A stretch of DNA of 27,553 bases from Candidatus Eiseniibacteriota bacterium (GCA_046598045.1 JBKJJJ010000033.1:1-27553); one strand, 5' to 3'. Counted from the first letter of the stretch, positions 12,316 to 24,900 are shown. Notes: generated by a model not told the origin, from the sequence alone. Numbers and translations are program-made.

Positions 12316-12344
12316 CAACGACTTAGCTTCGGAACGCTTCTTGC
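12316..12344 (+). promoter_or_regulatory. Putative sigma54 promoter with adjacent IHF-like site upstream of pilT
   Basis: CGGAACGCTTCTTGC gives GG(12331-2)-N10-GC(12343-4) with TTGC. CAACGACTTA (12316-12325) matches CAA-N4-TTR. Confidence 0.55.
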
Positions 12345-12419
12345 GACACGCGGGCGTGATCCCACATGAGGGCGCGCCCTGCCCGGCGAGCTCTCTCCAT
12401 GCGAACGGAGAGTCTACAA

Positions 12420-13616
12420 ATGAGCAGCCCCGACGCCACGCCCCGCGACTTCCAGTCCGTGCTTTCGAACATGACCGCCATGGGGGCGTCCGACCTGCAC
12501 GTCAAGGTCGGCGCGGCGCCGACCCTGCGCATCGACGGCGTGCTCTACGCCATCGACGAGCCCAAGTGCACGCCGCAGGAGATCGACGGGCTGATCGAGC
12601 AGCTCCTGCCGCCTGATCGCCGCCTTGCGTTCGCCGAGGAACTCGAGTGCGACATCGCGGTGAGCGTCCAGGGTCTGGCCCGCTTTCGCGTCAACCTGTG
12701 CCGCCAGCGTGGCACCGTGGGGGTGTCCTTCCGCCTGGTGCCGACCACGATTCCGACGCTGCCCGATCTCGGGTTGCCCGCCATGCTCGGCGAGATCGTG
12801 CAGGAACAGCGCGGACTCGTCCTCGTGACCGGGGCGACCGGCGCGGGCAAGTCCACGACCATGGCGGCGATGGTGGACCACCTGAACCATCGCGAGACGC
12901 GCAAGATCGTCACGGTCGAAGACCCGATCGAGTACCTGCACCGGGACGACCGTTGCCTGATCTACCAGCGCGAGGTGGGCGAAGACACGCTGTCATTCGC
13001 CCACGGCCTGCGCCATGTCCTGAGGCAGGACCCCGACATCATCCTGATCGGCGAGATCCGCGACAAGGAGACGCTGACGATCGCGCTCACCGCCGCGAAC
13101 ACGGGCCACCTCGTGATCACGACGCTGCACACCATGGACGCCGTGCAGTCGATCCAGCGCATGCTCTCGTATTACGCGCCGCACGAGCAGGACGAGATCC
13201 GCCGCGTGCTCTCGGGAAACCTGCGGGCCGTGATCTCGCAGCGCCTCGTTCCGCGGGCGCACGGGCAGGGCCGCGTCGCGGCGGTCGAGATCCTGGTCAA
13301 CACGCCGACGATCCGGGACCTGATCCTCGATCCGACCAAGACGTCGAACATCCGCCAGGCGATCACGGACGGCGTGTCGCAGTACGGCATGCAGAGCTTC
13401 GACCAGGCGCTGGCGAACTTCGTGCGCAAGCAGGTCATCACGCCCGAGGACGCGGTGCGCTTCGCGACCTACCCGAACGAACTCAAGCTGCACCTGTCGG
13501 GCATCAACGACGCGTCGAATCGCGCGTGGGCTTCGGTCCAGATGGGCGCGCTCGACCATACGGAGCCGGGAGAGGGCGAGGGCGTCCCCACCTGGATGGA
13601 CCGCACCGGGACCTAG
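12420..13616 (+). CDS. pilT: PilT/PilU family type IV pilus retraction ATPase
   Basis: ASDLHV, RFRVN, Walker A GATGAGKST, TVEDPIE, QREVG, LRQDPDIILIGEIRD, TGHLVITTLH, LRAVISQRL, GMQSFDQ. PilT versus PilU is not resolved. Confidence 0.92.
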   Translation: MSSPDATPRDFQSVLSNMTAMGASDLHVKVGAAPTLRIDGVLYAIDEPKCTPQEIDGLIEQLLPPDRRLAFAEELECDIAVSVQGLARFRVNLCRQRGTVGVSFRLVPTTIPTLPDLGLPAMLGEIVQEQRGLVLVTGATGAGKSTTMAAMVDHLNHRETRKIVTVEDPIEYLHRDDRCLIYQREVGEDTLSFAHGLRHVLRQDPDIILIGEIRDKETLTIALTAANTGHLVITTLHTMDAVQSIQRMLSYYAPHEQDEIRRVLSGNLRAVISQRLVPRAHGQGRVAAVEILVNTPTIRDLILDPTKTSNIRQAITDGVSQYGMQSFDQALANFVRKQVITPEDAVRFATYPNELKLHLSGINDASNRAWASVQMGALDHTEPGEGEGVPTWMDRTGT

Positions 13617-14299
13617 GGGATCGCCGGGAGCGAGGCGGGCGTGAACGGGTCGCTGCGCCAGCGTTCGACCTCGTCGCCGAAGCCCGAGAGGTTCGCGAGC
13701 AGGTTCACGAAGTAGCGCGGCAGCTTCGCGATCGAGCCCGGCCCGGGCTTGCCGCTGCGCTTGGCCTCGCCCGAGAGCCACTTCTCGACCGCCGCGAGGT
13801 CCTCGACCGTGAGCGGCTTCACCGCCACTTGCACGATCGCGTAATAGCGCTCCTTTGGGGAGAGCCGCACGAGCGGCACGGAGTGCACGCGCATCGGGCG
13901 CGCGATCTCGGTCTCGAGCGCGGCCGCGTCGGCGATCGTGCGCTCGGGCTCGCGGTCGCGCCGCAGCGTGAAGTCGTCGGACCAGGCGTTGCGGTATGCG
14001 CGCAACACCACCTGTTGCTCGCCGACCAGGCGGTCGAACCAGCCGGTCCGGTTCTGCCACACGTCCACCGTCACCACCACCGTCACCGGCATGCCGCGAT
14101 CGAGCGTCTGCGCGATGCGATCCGAGAACGCATTCTCGGCGCGCAACGTCGCCACCACCCAGTCGCCCGAGCGCGCGACCGCGGGTGCGCGCAACTCGAC
14201 GGCGTGCGTCACGCGCGGTCCGGCGGCGAGCAGCAGGACGCCCCACGCCAGCGCGCGGACGCGCCGCAGATGGCTTCGAGAGACGACCGGAATGCGCAT
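13613..14299 (-). CDS. Exported DUF4390-like protein
   Basis: Signal peptide, and 'IAQTLDRGMPVTV...WFDRLV...LRAYRNAWSDDF' resembles DUF4390. Lies in a kinase/regulator operon. Confidence 0.65.
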   Translation of the reverse strand: MRIPVVSRSHLRRVRALAWGVLLLAAGPRVTHAVELRAPAVARSGDWVVATLRAENAFSDRIAQTLDRGMPVTVVVTVDVWQNRTGWFDRLVGEQQVVLRAYRNAWSDDFTLRRDREPERTIADAAALETEIARPMRVHSVPLVRLSPKERYYAIVQVAVKPLTVEDLAAVEKWLSGEAKRSGKPGPGSIAKLPRYFVNLLANLSGFGDEVERWRSDPFTPASLPAIP

Positions 14300-14313
14300 C
14301 GGACCGGCCGCGC

Positions 14314-15617
14314 TCAGTACGAGCGCGCGATGCGCACGGTGACGTGGATCGGTGAGCGCTCCGCCCTGAGGTCGCGCGCGAAGTACACGCGAAACGACTC
14401 ATCGGTCGTGCCCAGTCCGAGACCGGCGTCCCACGCGGGCTTGCGCTGCCCGAGGTCCCACTTCGGCGCGTCCCACGCGAGGCCGAAGTCCGTGAATGCG
14501 ACCACGGAGAGCCCGGTCTTGAGCATCGCGTTCTTGCTCGAGCGCTTGAACAGCTCCCACGCCCAGTCGCCGTTCGCGAGGAACATGTGGCGCCCGCGAA
14601 ATTGCCGGAAGCGATGGGCGCGCAGCGTGCCGATGCCGCCGATCGCGAACGTCCTCTGCAACGGGAGATCGTCGCCCTCGGAGGTCGTGCCGAACATGGC
14701 GCGCGCCTTGGCGAGGTGGGACGGGCCCGGCGCGAAGTAGGCGCGCAGGTCCGCGCTGTAGCGCTTGTAGGCGAAGTCGCCGCCGAGATCGCCGCCCGCG
14801 GTCTCGACGCGCACCCGGTGGAACATGCCGCTTCGGGGCGCCTTGGGGTTCGAGCGGCTGTCGTAGTCGAGCCCGAACCTCACCGCGCGCACGTCGCCGT
14901 CATCGATCGCCGGGTTGGCCCGCCACGGGGCGTGGCGCCGGAACACGCCGCGGGTGCCCTCGGCGAGCAAGGGGATCGAGGTGTAGGCGTCCTGGTCGTA
15001 GCGGGTCGACAGCATCCAGCGCTCGTGCCACGTCCAGTCGGCGTCGAGGCCGAAGCCCTCGCGCTCGAACCAGTCCTTGTAGTCGTAGTGGAAGAACAGG
15101 CCGGCGAGCGCGTTCTCGACGTCGCCGACCTGACCGAACTCGTCGTCGTCGGTGCGCCGGTAGGTCGAGATGCCGATGCGCACGCGGCGCATGGGATCGA
15201 GCGGTTGTTCGACGCGCATCGCGTACAGCCAGCGCCCGTCCTTCCGGCCAGGGCCGCCCTCGCGCCCGAACGCGCGCGCGAAGCGGGTGACGAACCCGGG
15301 CTTCCAGCCGCGCGTGGGATGGAACGACTCATCGAGACCGATCGTGAACGCGTCGACGCGGTTGTAACTCAGGTACGGAAACAGCCGCCCGCCCTCGGGC
15401 GGGGGGGGGCCGTCGTCCGCGGCGGAAGGCAGATCGGCAAAGGGATCGCTCGCCCCGAACGCATCCTTGCCGCCGACCTCGACCCATTCGGAGTCGGGCG
15501 CCGCGCTGGTCTCGCCCGAGCCGGGCGCTTCGCCCTGGGCGCGCGCCACGCGCGGAGCCGCCGCGAGCAGCGATACCGCCAACGCCATTGCCATGCCGGT
15601 CTGGAGCGCGTTTCCGC

Positions 15618-15621
<4 letters not shown>
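14314..15621 (-). CDS. BamA/TamA (Omp85)-family outer-membrane beta-barrel protein, no evident POTRA domains
   Basis: YNRVD, YDSRSNPKAPRSG, FAIGGIGTLRAH (LRG-like loop), FTDFGLAW, DAGLGL, terminal Tyr. GTG start overlaps the upstream stop. Confidence 0.78.
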
Positions 15622-17032
<1,411 letters not shown>

Positions 17033-17036
<4 letters not shown>

Positions 17037-18580
17037 GCGCTCCTTTCCGGCAGCAGGACCGTGAAGCGCGCACCCCGGCCCGGGGCACTGTCGACCTCGA
17101 TCGTCCCGCCGTGTTGCTCGATGACGCGCCGGCTCACGTTGAGCCCGACACCCGATCCGCCTTCCTTCGTCGAGAAGCCGATGTCGAAGATGTGCACGAG
17201 CGCCTGCTCTGGAATGCCCGGACCCTCGTCCGCCACCGCGATCCCCACCATGCCGCCTTCGGCGCGCGCCGTCGACAGCCGAACCCGCCCGCCCGCGGGC
17301 TGCGCCTCGCACGCGTTCTTGAGCAGGTTGCGCAGCACCCGCCTGAGCTGGCGCTCGTCGGCCCACACCTGCGGACGCGCGGGATCGAGCGCGGTCGAGA
17401 TCTCGACGTGGCGCCACGTCGAGACCGCGAGCAGGCTCTCGACCAGCGCGTTCACGTCCACGGCGGTGGGCCGCATGATCGGCAACGCCCCCAGCGTCGA
17501 GAACGAGTCGGCGAGATCGGCGAGCGACGCCAGCTCGCGCTCGAGCGCACGCACGCGCTTGTCGACGCGCCCGCGCGCCTCCTGGGGCAACGCGACGAAC
17601 TCCCGCTCCATGTTATCCAGAGCGAGGCCGATGGTGGTGAGGGGATTCTTGATCTCGTGCGCGACCTGGCGCGCCACGCCTTCCCAAGCCGCGGCGCGCT
17701 CGGCGCGGGCGAGCTCGGCGCGCGCGGCGGTGAGGCGCGCGGTCATGGCGTTGAAGGCCTCGCCGAGCTGGCGCACCTCGGGCGCGCCGCCCGGCGTGAC
17801 GCGCACCTCGCTGCCGCCGTCGACGCGCGCGAACGTGGTCGCGAGGTCGGCGATCGGCCGCGCGAGGTGCCGCGCGAGCGCGCGCGCGGCGAACACCGCG
17901 ACGATCGAGATGCCGACCAGGATCGCGAGCACCGCGAGGCGGAAGTACCACTTGAACACTTCGGCGTAGCCCGCGAGCGCGCGGAACGTGCCGATGCCGA
18001 GCTGGAGCTCGGACAGGCGCAGGAAGAAGTCGTGCGGCAGCGCGTAGCCCACGACCGCAATCCGCTCCGCGCCGCTCGTGCTGTCGGTCGGCAGCGCGGC
18101 CATGAGACCGAACACGCCCGTGGCCGATTGCACCGAGCGCGCCGGGTCGAAGCGGCCCGCGTCGAGCTCCGGCGAGAGATCGAGCGGCGCCGGCCGCTTC
18201 GTCCCGCTTGGGGGCACGTCGGCGACGAGCCGCCAGGCCGAGTCGCCCGGAGCGCGCGCGTAGAGCTGATAGAGATCGAGGCCGGTGTTCTCGAGGTAGC
18301 GCTCGACGAACAGGCGGTCGGGTTGTCCCGCGGCGAGCTGGAGCGAGCGGCTCTTCGACAGGTCGAACAGCAGGGTGGCGCTCAGGTGGAGGCCGCTCTC
18401 GAGGCGCTGCAGCGCGTTCCGGGCGACCACGACCGAACTGGTCAGCGCCTCCTCGGCGCCGGCGGAGTCCCACCACTCGACGGTCGAGACCAGCTGGCGC
18501 AGGACGAGCCCGGACAGGGCCAGGCTCGGGACGATCGCGAGGACGAGAAACCAGAGGGTGAGCCGGGCCCGGAGGCTCAC
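17033..18580 (-). CDS. Membrane sensor histidine kinase (HAMP-HisKA-HATPase; NtrY-like)
   Basis: Two TMs, HAMP (EVRQLGEAFNAM), AWEGVARQVAHEIKNPLT H-box, NLLKNA, DEGPGI, FSTKEGGSGVGL. GTG start at 18580. Confidence 0.92.
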
Positions 18581-18596
18581 GCGGCGGCTCGCGAGG

Positions 18597-19763
18597 TCAG
18601 GCCTTGGCGCCGAGCTGGCCGCACGCAGCCCCGATTTCGCCGCCCTGGCTCCAGCGCAGGGTGACCGCGGGGCAGCGCGGGAACAGCCAGTCGGCAAAGC
18701 GCTGGATCGCCTCGTCGGTCGGCCGCTGCCAGGGCAGCTGCGCGACGGGGTTGTAGGGGATCAGGTTGATCTTGCAGGGCAGCGAGTTCGCGATGTCGGC
18801 GAGGCGCTCGGCGTCGCCCTTCTTGTCGTTCACGCCGGCGAGCAGGAGGTACTCCAGCGTGACCCGGCGGCCCGTGGTCGTCGCGTAGAAATCGGCCGCG
18901 CGCACGAGTTCGCGCAGCGGGTAGCGGCGGTTGATCGGCACCAGCCGGTTGCGCATCTCGTCGGTCGTGGCGTGGAGCGAGATGGCGAGGCCGAGCTGCA
19001 GGCCCTCCTTCGCCAGCCGGTGCATCTGCGGAACCATGCCGCAGGTCGACACCGTGATGCGGCGGGCGCCGACGCGCAGGCCGTCGTCCGCGTTCAAGAC
19101 CCGGATCGAGCGCATGGTCTCGGCGTAGTTGGCGAGCGGCTCGCCCATGCCCATGAACACGATGTTGAAGCCCGGATCCTCCCAGCCCGTGGTCTCGAGC
19201 ATGTGGACGACCTGGGCCACGATCTCGTCGGCCTTCAGGTTGCGGGTCAGGCCAAGGGTACCGGTGGCGCAGAACACGCAGGCCATGCCGCAGCCCGCCT
19301 GGGTCGAGACGCACAGCGTGACGCCGCGCTTGGAGAGCATGGCGACCGATTCCACGCGCGCCCGATCCTGCAGCTCGAGCGCGTACTTGACCGAGTCGCC
19401 CTTGGGCGACTGCAGCTTCTTGTAGATCCGGGGCAGGCTGAGGTCGACCAGGCCGGCCAGCTCTTCGCGCTGGGTCTTGCCCAGGTTCGACATGGCGGCA
19501 GGATCCCGCACGCGCTTGGCGTAGATCCAGTCCAGCACCTGGTGGGCGCGATAGCCCTGCCAACCGGCGCCGACGAGCAGACCTTCGACCTCCTCGGGGA
19601 GCATCCCGAAAAAGGACGGCGGTGCACTCGGGATTCGGCTCCGGGTGGGCGCGGCCTCGGCGGCCTCGGCATCCCGGGTCAGGGCGTCGAGCTCGATGTC
19701 GGCCGGGGCGGGGACGAGGGACGGGCCCAGGTCGGGAGCGGGGGTGGATTGCGACTCGGTCAT
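18597..19763 (-). CDS. rlmN: 23S rRNA A2503/tRNA A37 C2-methyltransferase RlmN
   Basis: CVSTQAGCGMACVFCATG (radical SAM), VFMGMGEP, ISLHA, EYLLLAGVND, NLIPYN, IGAACGQL. Confidence 0.96.
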   Translation of the reverse strand: MTESQSTPAPDLGPSLVPAPADIELDALTRDAEAAEAAPTRSRIPSAPPSFFGMLPEEVEGLLVGAGWQGYRAHQVLDWIYAKRVRDPAAMSNLGKTQREELAGLVDLSLPRIYKKLQSPKGDSVKYALELQDRARVESVAMLSKRGVTLCVSTQAGCGMACVFCATGTLGLTRNLKADEIVAQVVHMLETTGWEDPGFNIVFMGMGEPLANYAETMRSIRVLNADDGLRVGARRITVSTCGMVPQMHRLAKEGLQLGLAISLHATTDEMRNRLVPINRRYPLRELVRAADFYATTTGRRVTLEYLLLAGVNDKKGDAERLADIANSLPCKINLIPYNPVAQLPWQRPTDEAIQRFADWLFPRCPAVTLRWSQGGEIGAACGQLGAKA

Positions 19764-19768
19764 GCCGT

Positions 19769-19798
19769 AGATTAAGCTGCGTAAGTCTTTGCGGTCAA
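19769..19798 (-). promoter_or_regulatory. Sigma70 promoter, probably giving a leaderless rlmN mRNA
   Basis: Minus strand TTGACC-N18-TAATCT, 5 nt before ATG 19763, with no SD sequence. Confidence 0.6.
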
Positions 19799-19823
19799 GG
19801 AACGCAGGGAGATCGGAGGGGCC

Positions 19824-20318
19824 ATGGACGAAAGCCAGACAACGCGCGCCCCCGGCAGGCCGGGCCGGCGCAAGGGATCCGGAGCCCGGGCCGGAATCGA
19901 CGCCAGTTGGGGCCTGCGCGCGGTCCAGGCGCTCGCAGACCCCTCGCGCTGGCGGATGATGCTCGTGCTCGGGGCCGGGCCGCGCTCGCTCGGCGAGCTC
20001 GCGCGTCAGGTCGACCTGTCCCCGGCCTGTACTTCGCATCACGTTTCGATACTCAAGGAAGCCGAGCTGGTCGAAACCCGCCGGCAGTCCCGCGCAATCG
20101 AGTGCTCGCTCCCCACGACCTCCAGCCCGGCCGGGGCATTCCTTGCTTCGATCATGGCGGGCGGGAAGTACGACTCATTGATATCGAATCCAGCACTGCG
20201 TGAACCGCGGGCTCACCGCTCAGACACAGAGACATCAGGTGGGGAGTTGAATCGACCCCCGAAGGTGCACAAACCGAACCTGAGCAATTCGATACTTATG
20301 GAAGATTTTCTCTTTTAG
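19824..20318 (+). CDS. ArsR/SmtB-family winged-HTH regulator with C-terminal extension
   Basis: ALADPSRWRMMLVL...SLGELARQVDLSPACTSHHVSILKEAELV. GGAGG RBS. Confidence 0.8.
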   Translation: MDESQTTRAPGRPGRRKGSGARAGIDASWGLRAVQALADPSRWRMMLVLGAGPRSLGELARQVDLSPACTSHHVSILKEAELVETRRQSRAIECSLPTTSSPAGAFLASIMAGGKYDSLISNPALREPRAHRSDTETSGGELNRPPKVHKPNLSNSILMEDFLF

Positions 20319-20353
20319 CTCCTCCACCCCATCCCGGAGATCCGAACCGCCTC

Positions 20354-21340
20354 ATGGCCTCGCCTGCCTTCCAGCGGCCCATCCGATTCGCCTCGATCGA
20401 TATCGGGACCAATTCTGTCCGGCTGCTGGTGGCCGAGCGCGGGCCGCACGGGGAATTGCGGCCGCTCGTGCGGCTCGGGGAATCCTGCCGGCTCGGCGAG
20501 GGCCTGGAGACGACGCGCCGGATTTCCCCGCGCGCCGAGGAGCGGACCCGCGACACGCTCTCGCGCTTCGCCCGGCGTGCGCGCGAACTGGAGTGCGCCG
20601 AGGTCCTGGTCGCGGCGACCAACGCGTTGCGCAGCGCCGAGAACGGGCCCGACGTCACGGCCCGGCTCGCGGCGGCGGCGGGGTACCCGATCCAGATCCT
20701 GACCGGGGAGGAGGAAGCCCGCCTGGTCTACGAGGCGGTGCTCGAGGGCCTGCACTGGGAGCGGGACCGCGGCGAGTATCTGGTGGTGGACATCGGCGGC
20801 GGCTCGGTCGAGATCGTGCGCGGTTGCGGAAACCGGGTCGAACGCTGGGTCAGCCTCGAACTCGGCTGCGTGCGGCTGACCGAGCGTTTTCTGCGGAGCG
20901 ATCCGCCCGCGCCCGGCGAGCTCGCGAACCTGCGCTCCTTCTTGCGCGAGATCTGGGTCGGGCACGACCTCCTGCTCCGCCCTACACCCCAGTCCGCGGC
21001 CGGGGTGGGGGGCACGGTGACCGCGCTGGCAGCGCTCAACCTGGGCCTGAGGCGCTACGACGCCTCCCGGGTCGAGGGTCACCTCCTGCCGACCGGGGAC
21101 ATTCGGCGGCTGACCGATTCCCTGACCGGCCTGACCACCGCCGAGCGCCAGGCCCTGGCCACGGTCGGGCCCGGGCGGGCGGACATCCTCCCGGCCGGCT
21201 GCGTTCTGCTGGTCTCCCTGTGCGAGGCCGCCGGTCTGGCTTCGATGACCGCCTCGACCCAGGGCTTGCGCTACGCCCTGGCCCGCGCGGCCTTGCGCCG
21301 GGCCGAGGGGGCCGCCGGACCTCCATCCCCCGGGACTTGA
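20354..21340 (+). CDS. ppx: Ppx/GppA family exopolyphosphatase/pppGpp phosphatase (short form)
   Basis: IDIGTNSVRL, RLGEGL, ATNALRSAEN, GEEEARL, DIGGGSVE, GVGGT, GRADILPAG, GLRYA. Confidence 0.93.
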   Translation: MASPAFQRPIRFASIDIGTNSVRLLVAERGPHGELRPLVRLGESCRLGEGLETTRRISPRAEERTRDTLSRFARRARELECAEVLVAATNALRSAENGPDVTARLAAAAGYPIQILTGEEEARLVYEAVLEGLHWERDRGEYLVVDIGGGSVEIVRGCGNRVERWVSLELGCVRLTERFLRSDPPAPGELANLRSFLREIWVGHDLLLRPTPQSAAGVGGTVTALAALNLGLRRYDASRVEGHLLPTGDIRRLTDSLTGLTTAERQALATVGPGRADILPAGCVLLVSLCEAAGLASMTASTQGLRYALARAALRRAEGAAGPPSPGT

Positions 21341-21529
21341 GGAAAAAGCGACTCTCCAGTCGTTTGACACCCTCAAAAGAGTTGACCATGCAATTCGCCC
21401 GGGCGTAGCCTCATGACGCGCTGGAGTTTGGTCCCCTGCCTCAGTTGCTCATCCTTGCGTCGCCCCGATCGGCCACCGCGCGCCGACACCGGAGTGTAGC
21501 TGACTCGCGTGGAGGGAGTTCACAGCGCA

Positions 21530-21844
21530 ATGGCCTTCAAGGCTTGTCGATCCCTCACCTTCATCCTCCTGCTCTGCCTGAGCGTCGTTACGCTGACGGC
21601 GACCGTCGGAATTTCGCCGGTCGTTGCCGCGACGAGTGGAGGCGCATCCACCAACGGCGATCCGGACAGTCCGAAGGACACGTTCCCGAGGCCGGCGCAA
21701 ACGCAGTCTGTGCCGACTTTGACGAACCCCGCGGTGAGCGCCAACACGTCTGTTCAGCCGGTGAGCGATCGCCAGATGTTCGCGTGGATGATGGTGCAGC
21801 AATTGCTGAGCACTTTGCTCGGGCGGCCCGGCCTGATTCGCTGA
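21530..21844 (+). CDS. Small (104 aa) exported protein or candidate signalling pro-peptide
   Basis: GGAGGGAG RBS at 21511-21518. Sec-type signal (MAFKACRS-LTFILLLCLSVVTLTATVG-ISPVVA). Polar core with NGDPDSP. C-terminal hydrophobic helix (MFAWMMVQQLLSTLLG) and basic tail. Confidence 0.7.
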   Translation: MAFKACRSLTFILLLCLSVVTLTATVGISPVVAATSGGASTNGDPDSPKDTFPRPAQTQSVPTLTNPAVSANTSVQPVSDRQMFAWMMVQQLLSTLLGRPGLIR

Positions 21845-21892
21845 TCGTTCGACGGGGGTCTCCGCCTGGCGGATGCCCCCCTCCCCGATCAG
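21841..21892 (+). other. Intercistronic stem-loop without U-tract
   Basis: CTGATCG (21841-7)/CGATCAG (21886-92) enclose GGGGG..TCCGC-CTG-GCGGA..CCCCC (21854-21880). Confidence 0.5.
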
Positions 21893-21953
21893 TTGTATCG
21901 GACCAGCCGCCTGCTTCCAGCTTGTCTCCCCCGGTGAGGCTGAGGAGCGACCT

Positions 21954-24900
21954 GTGCAGAAGCCGATCCCCCCGAACGCTTCCGAGCTGAACGCCCCGCA
22001 TGACGCGGCGCTCAGGCAGGAAGAGTTCGGCGATCTCAGTCAGGCAGCTGATCAGTTCGACGCGGCCCGTGAGTACTACGCGGTCGCGCTCGCGCATGCC
22101 CGGCCCGACGACCGCGCCACGAGGGCGCGGCTCCTCCTCAAGCTGGCCGATTGCGATCATCGGCAGGGGCGCTACGATCGCGCGCTCGCCCAGCTTGTCG
22201 AAGCGCGTGAGGCCGCCCGGCCGTTGCGCGACTCGACCCTGAACGGTCTCCTGGCCAGCCGCCTCGCGCGCAGCCACGTGGCCGCCGGGGCCTACCGGCC
22301 CGGAACGCGCTACGCGCGCGCCGCTTTCCGGCTGTTGCGCACCACCAGCGAACACGTCGAGCTGGGGATGATCGAGCAGACGCAGGGCATCGCCGCCCTG
22401 CGCACCGGCGACTATCCCGCTGCGCTCGACGCCTTCACGGGCTCGCTCGCGAGCTTCCGACGCGTCGAGGACATCGGCCACATGGCCGGCGCGCACAGCA
22501 ACCTCGGACTGGTCTACAAGAACACCGGGCAGTGGCGCGAAGCCACGCGCTCCTTCGAGCAGGCGCTGCGCCTGGCCGAGAAGGTCGGCGACTATTTCTA
22601 CGTCGCCTACTACGCGCAGAACCTGGGCGTCATGCGCTTCCGCCTCGGCGAACTCGACCTCGCGGCGGAGTGCTTCCGGCGCGCGCTCCAGATCGAGATC
22701 GAGATCAACGACCAGCTCGCCGAGACCCGCACGCGCCTCGCGCTCGGGCGCCTGCACGTGCGCCGCCGCGAGTTCGAGCCCGCCGCCGACGAATTCGCCC
22801 GCGTCGGCGAGTTGCTCGAGGTGCGCAATTATCCGCGCGAGCGCGTCCTGTGGCGCGAATTCCAGGGCGAGGCCGCGCTCGATCGCGGCGACATGCCCGG
22901 CGCCATTGCCGCGCTCGAGATTGCGCTGACCGAGGCCGAGCGCCTCGCGCCCGAGGGCGACGTGACCTACGAGGTCGCCGCCCGGCTCGCGCTGGCCTAC
23001 CTCGAATCCGGCGACCTCGCGCGCGCCCAGGCGGCTGCGAACCGGGCGGAGCATCTCGCAGGCGCTGCGGGCGACGTGGCCGAGTTGGCGATCGCCCGCC
23101 GGGCCTCCGGGCTGGTCAGCCTCGCCCGCGGCGACGACGATGCCGCGCTCGCCGACCTGCGCGCCGCGCAGGCCTCGTTCGAGGAATTGGGGGACCGTTT
23201 CGAGCTTGCGCGCACGTTCCAGCTCGGCGCGGCGCACGCGCTCAAGGGCGGCGACACCGGCACCCGCGTCGCCGACTGGGCGGCCGAGCACCTGAAGCGC
23301 GCCGAGGCGCTGTTCCGCGACCTGGGCGTGCCCGCGCAGGCTGCCGACTCGGCGATGCTGTTGGCGCGCATCCTCGCGGGCCGCGGCAACCTCGACCAGG
23401 CGCTGGGCGAGATCGAGCACGCCCTGGTGTGGCTGCACGAGTCCGGCGAGAGCGCCGACGAGGCCCCGGTCGCGCAGTTGCGCGCCGAACTCGAGGCGCT
23501 CTCGGCGGCGTCGTCGGTCTCGGCGTCGAACGAATTCCGCGTGCTGCAGGAAGCCAACGATATCTTCAAGAACGCCGACGACATGCACGATGTGCTGTCG
23601 CGCACCGTGCGGCTTGCGATCGAGCGCGCCGGCGGTGACCGCGGCTTCGTCGCGTTCGCGGCGGGCGGCAGCCGGCTCGAGGTGGTCGCGCACCACAACC
23701 TCGGCGCCGAGCGCGCCAAGAAGGCCCTGGCCGCACTCGAGCGCGTGCTCGGCCGCGAGCTGGTCGGCGGCGCGCCGGTGTTCAAGAGCCGCATCGCCGC
23801 GGATCCGCGCTTCGCCGGGGAACTCTCCGGCGCGCTTGCGGGCGTGTTCTCGCTCGTGGTCGTGCCGCTCAACTTCCCGAGCCAGGCCGTCGGGCTGGTC
23901 TACGTCGACCGCCTGAGCGACAACCTGCGCGGGGCGTTCAAGCAGCGCGAGATCAACTTGCTCGCCGTGCTCGCGAACTCGGCCGCGGTGGCGATGGTCG
24001 AGGCCCAGCGCTCGGTGCTGATGCAGGAGAACCAGAGCCTCAAGCAGCAGCTCTCTCCCAAGCCGGGGCTCGAGCGCATCATCACGCAGTCGCGCGAGAT
24101 GCAGGAGATCCTCGCGCTGCTCACGAAGGTCAGCGATTCCACCGCCAGCATCCTCCTGATGGGCGAGACCGGCACGGGCAAGGGCCTGATCGCGCAGGCG
24201 ATCCACGAGATGTCCGCGCGGCGCGACAAGCGCTTCGTCGCGGTCAACTGCGCGGCACTGCCGGACAACCTGCTCGAGAGCGAGCTCTTCGGTTATGTCG
24301 CGGGCGCGTTCACCGGCGCCACGCGCGACAAGGACGGTTTGTTCAAGGAGGCCGATGGCGGCACGATCTTCCTCGACGAGGTCGAGAAGATCTCCGAGCC
24401 GCTGCAGGCCAAGCTCCTGCACGTCCTCGACAAGGGCGAGATCCGGCCCGTGGGCGCGACCAGGTCGTTGCAGGTGAACGCCCGGGTCGTGGCCGCGACC
24501 AATGCCGAGCTGCGCGAGCGCATCAAGGCCGGCCGCTTCCTCGAGGACCTGTACTACCGCATGAACGATATCGCGATCACGGTCCCGCCGCTGCGCGACC
24601 GCCGCGAGGACATCCCGATCCTGACCGAGCACTACCTCGGGTTCTACGCGCGCCAGATGGACAAGCCGGTGCCGCAGTTCTCGCCAGCCGTCCTGCGCGC
24701 ACTGCTGAACCACGAGTGGCGCGGCAACGTGCGCGAACTCGAGAAGACGGTCAAGCGCCTGGTGGTGCTCGCCGAGCCCGACCAGATCGTGGGCATGGAG
24801 TTGCTGCCCGAGGACCTGCGCGCGCCCATCGAGCCCGGGACGAGCGAGAGCAATGGCAGCTTCAACGTCCGCGAGCACGTGGAGCGGCTCGAACGCCGCC

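Noticed and set aside
21364..21395. Sigma70 promoter for the small peptide gene (perfect TTGACA at 21364)
   Set aside because: No convincing -10 hexamer at 16-18 nt spacing, so it is not called as a feature.
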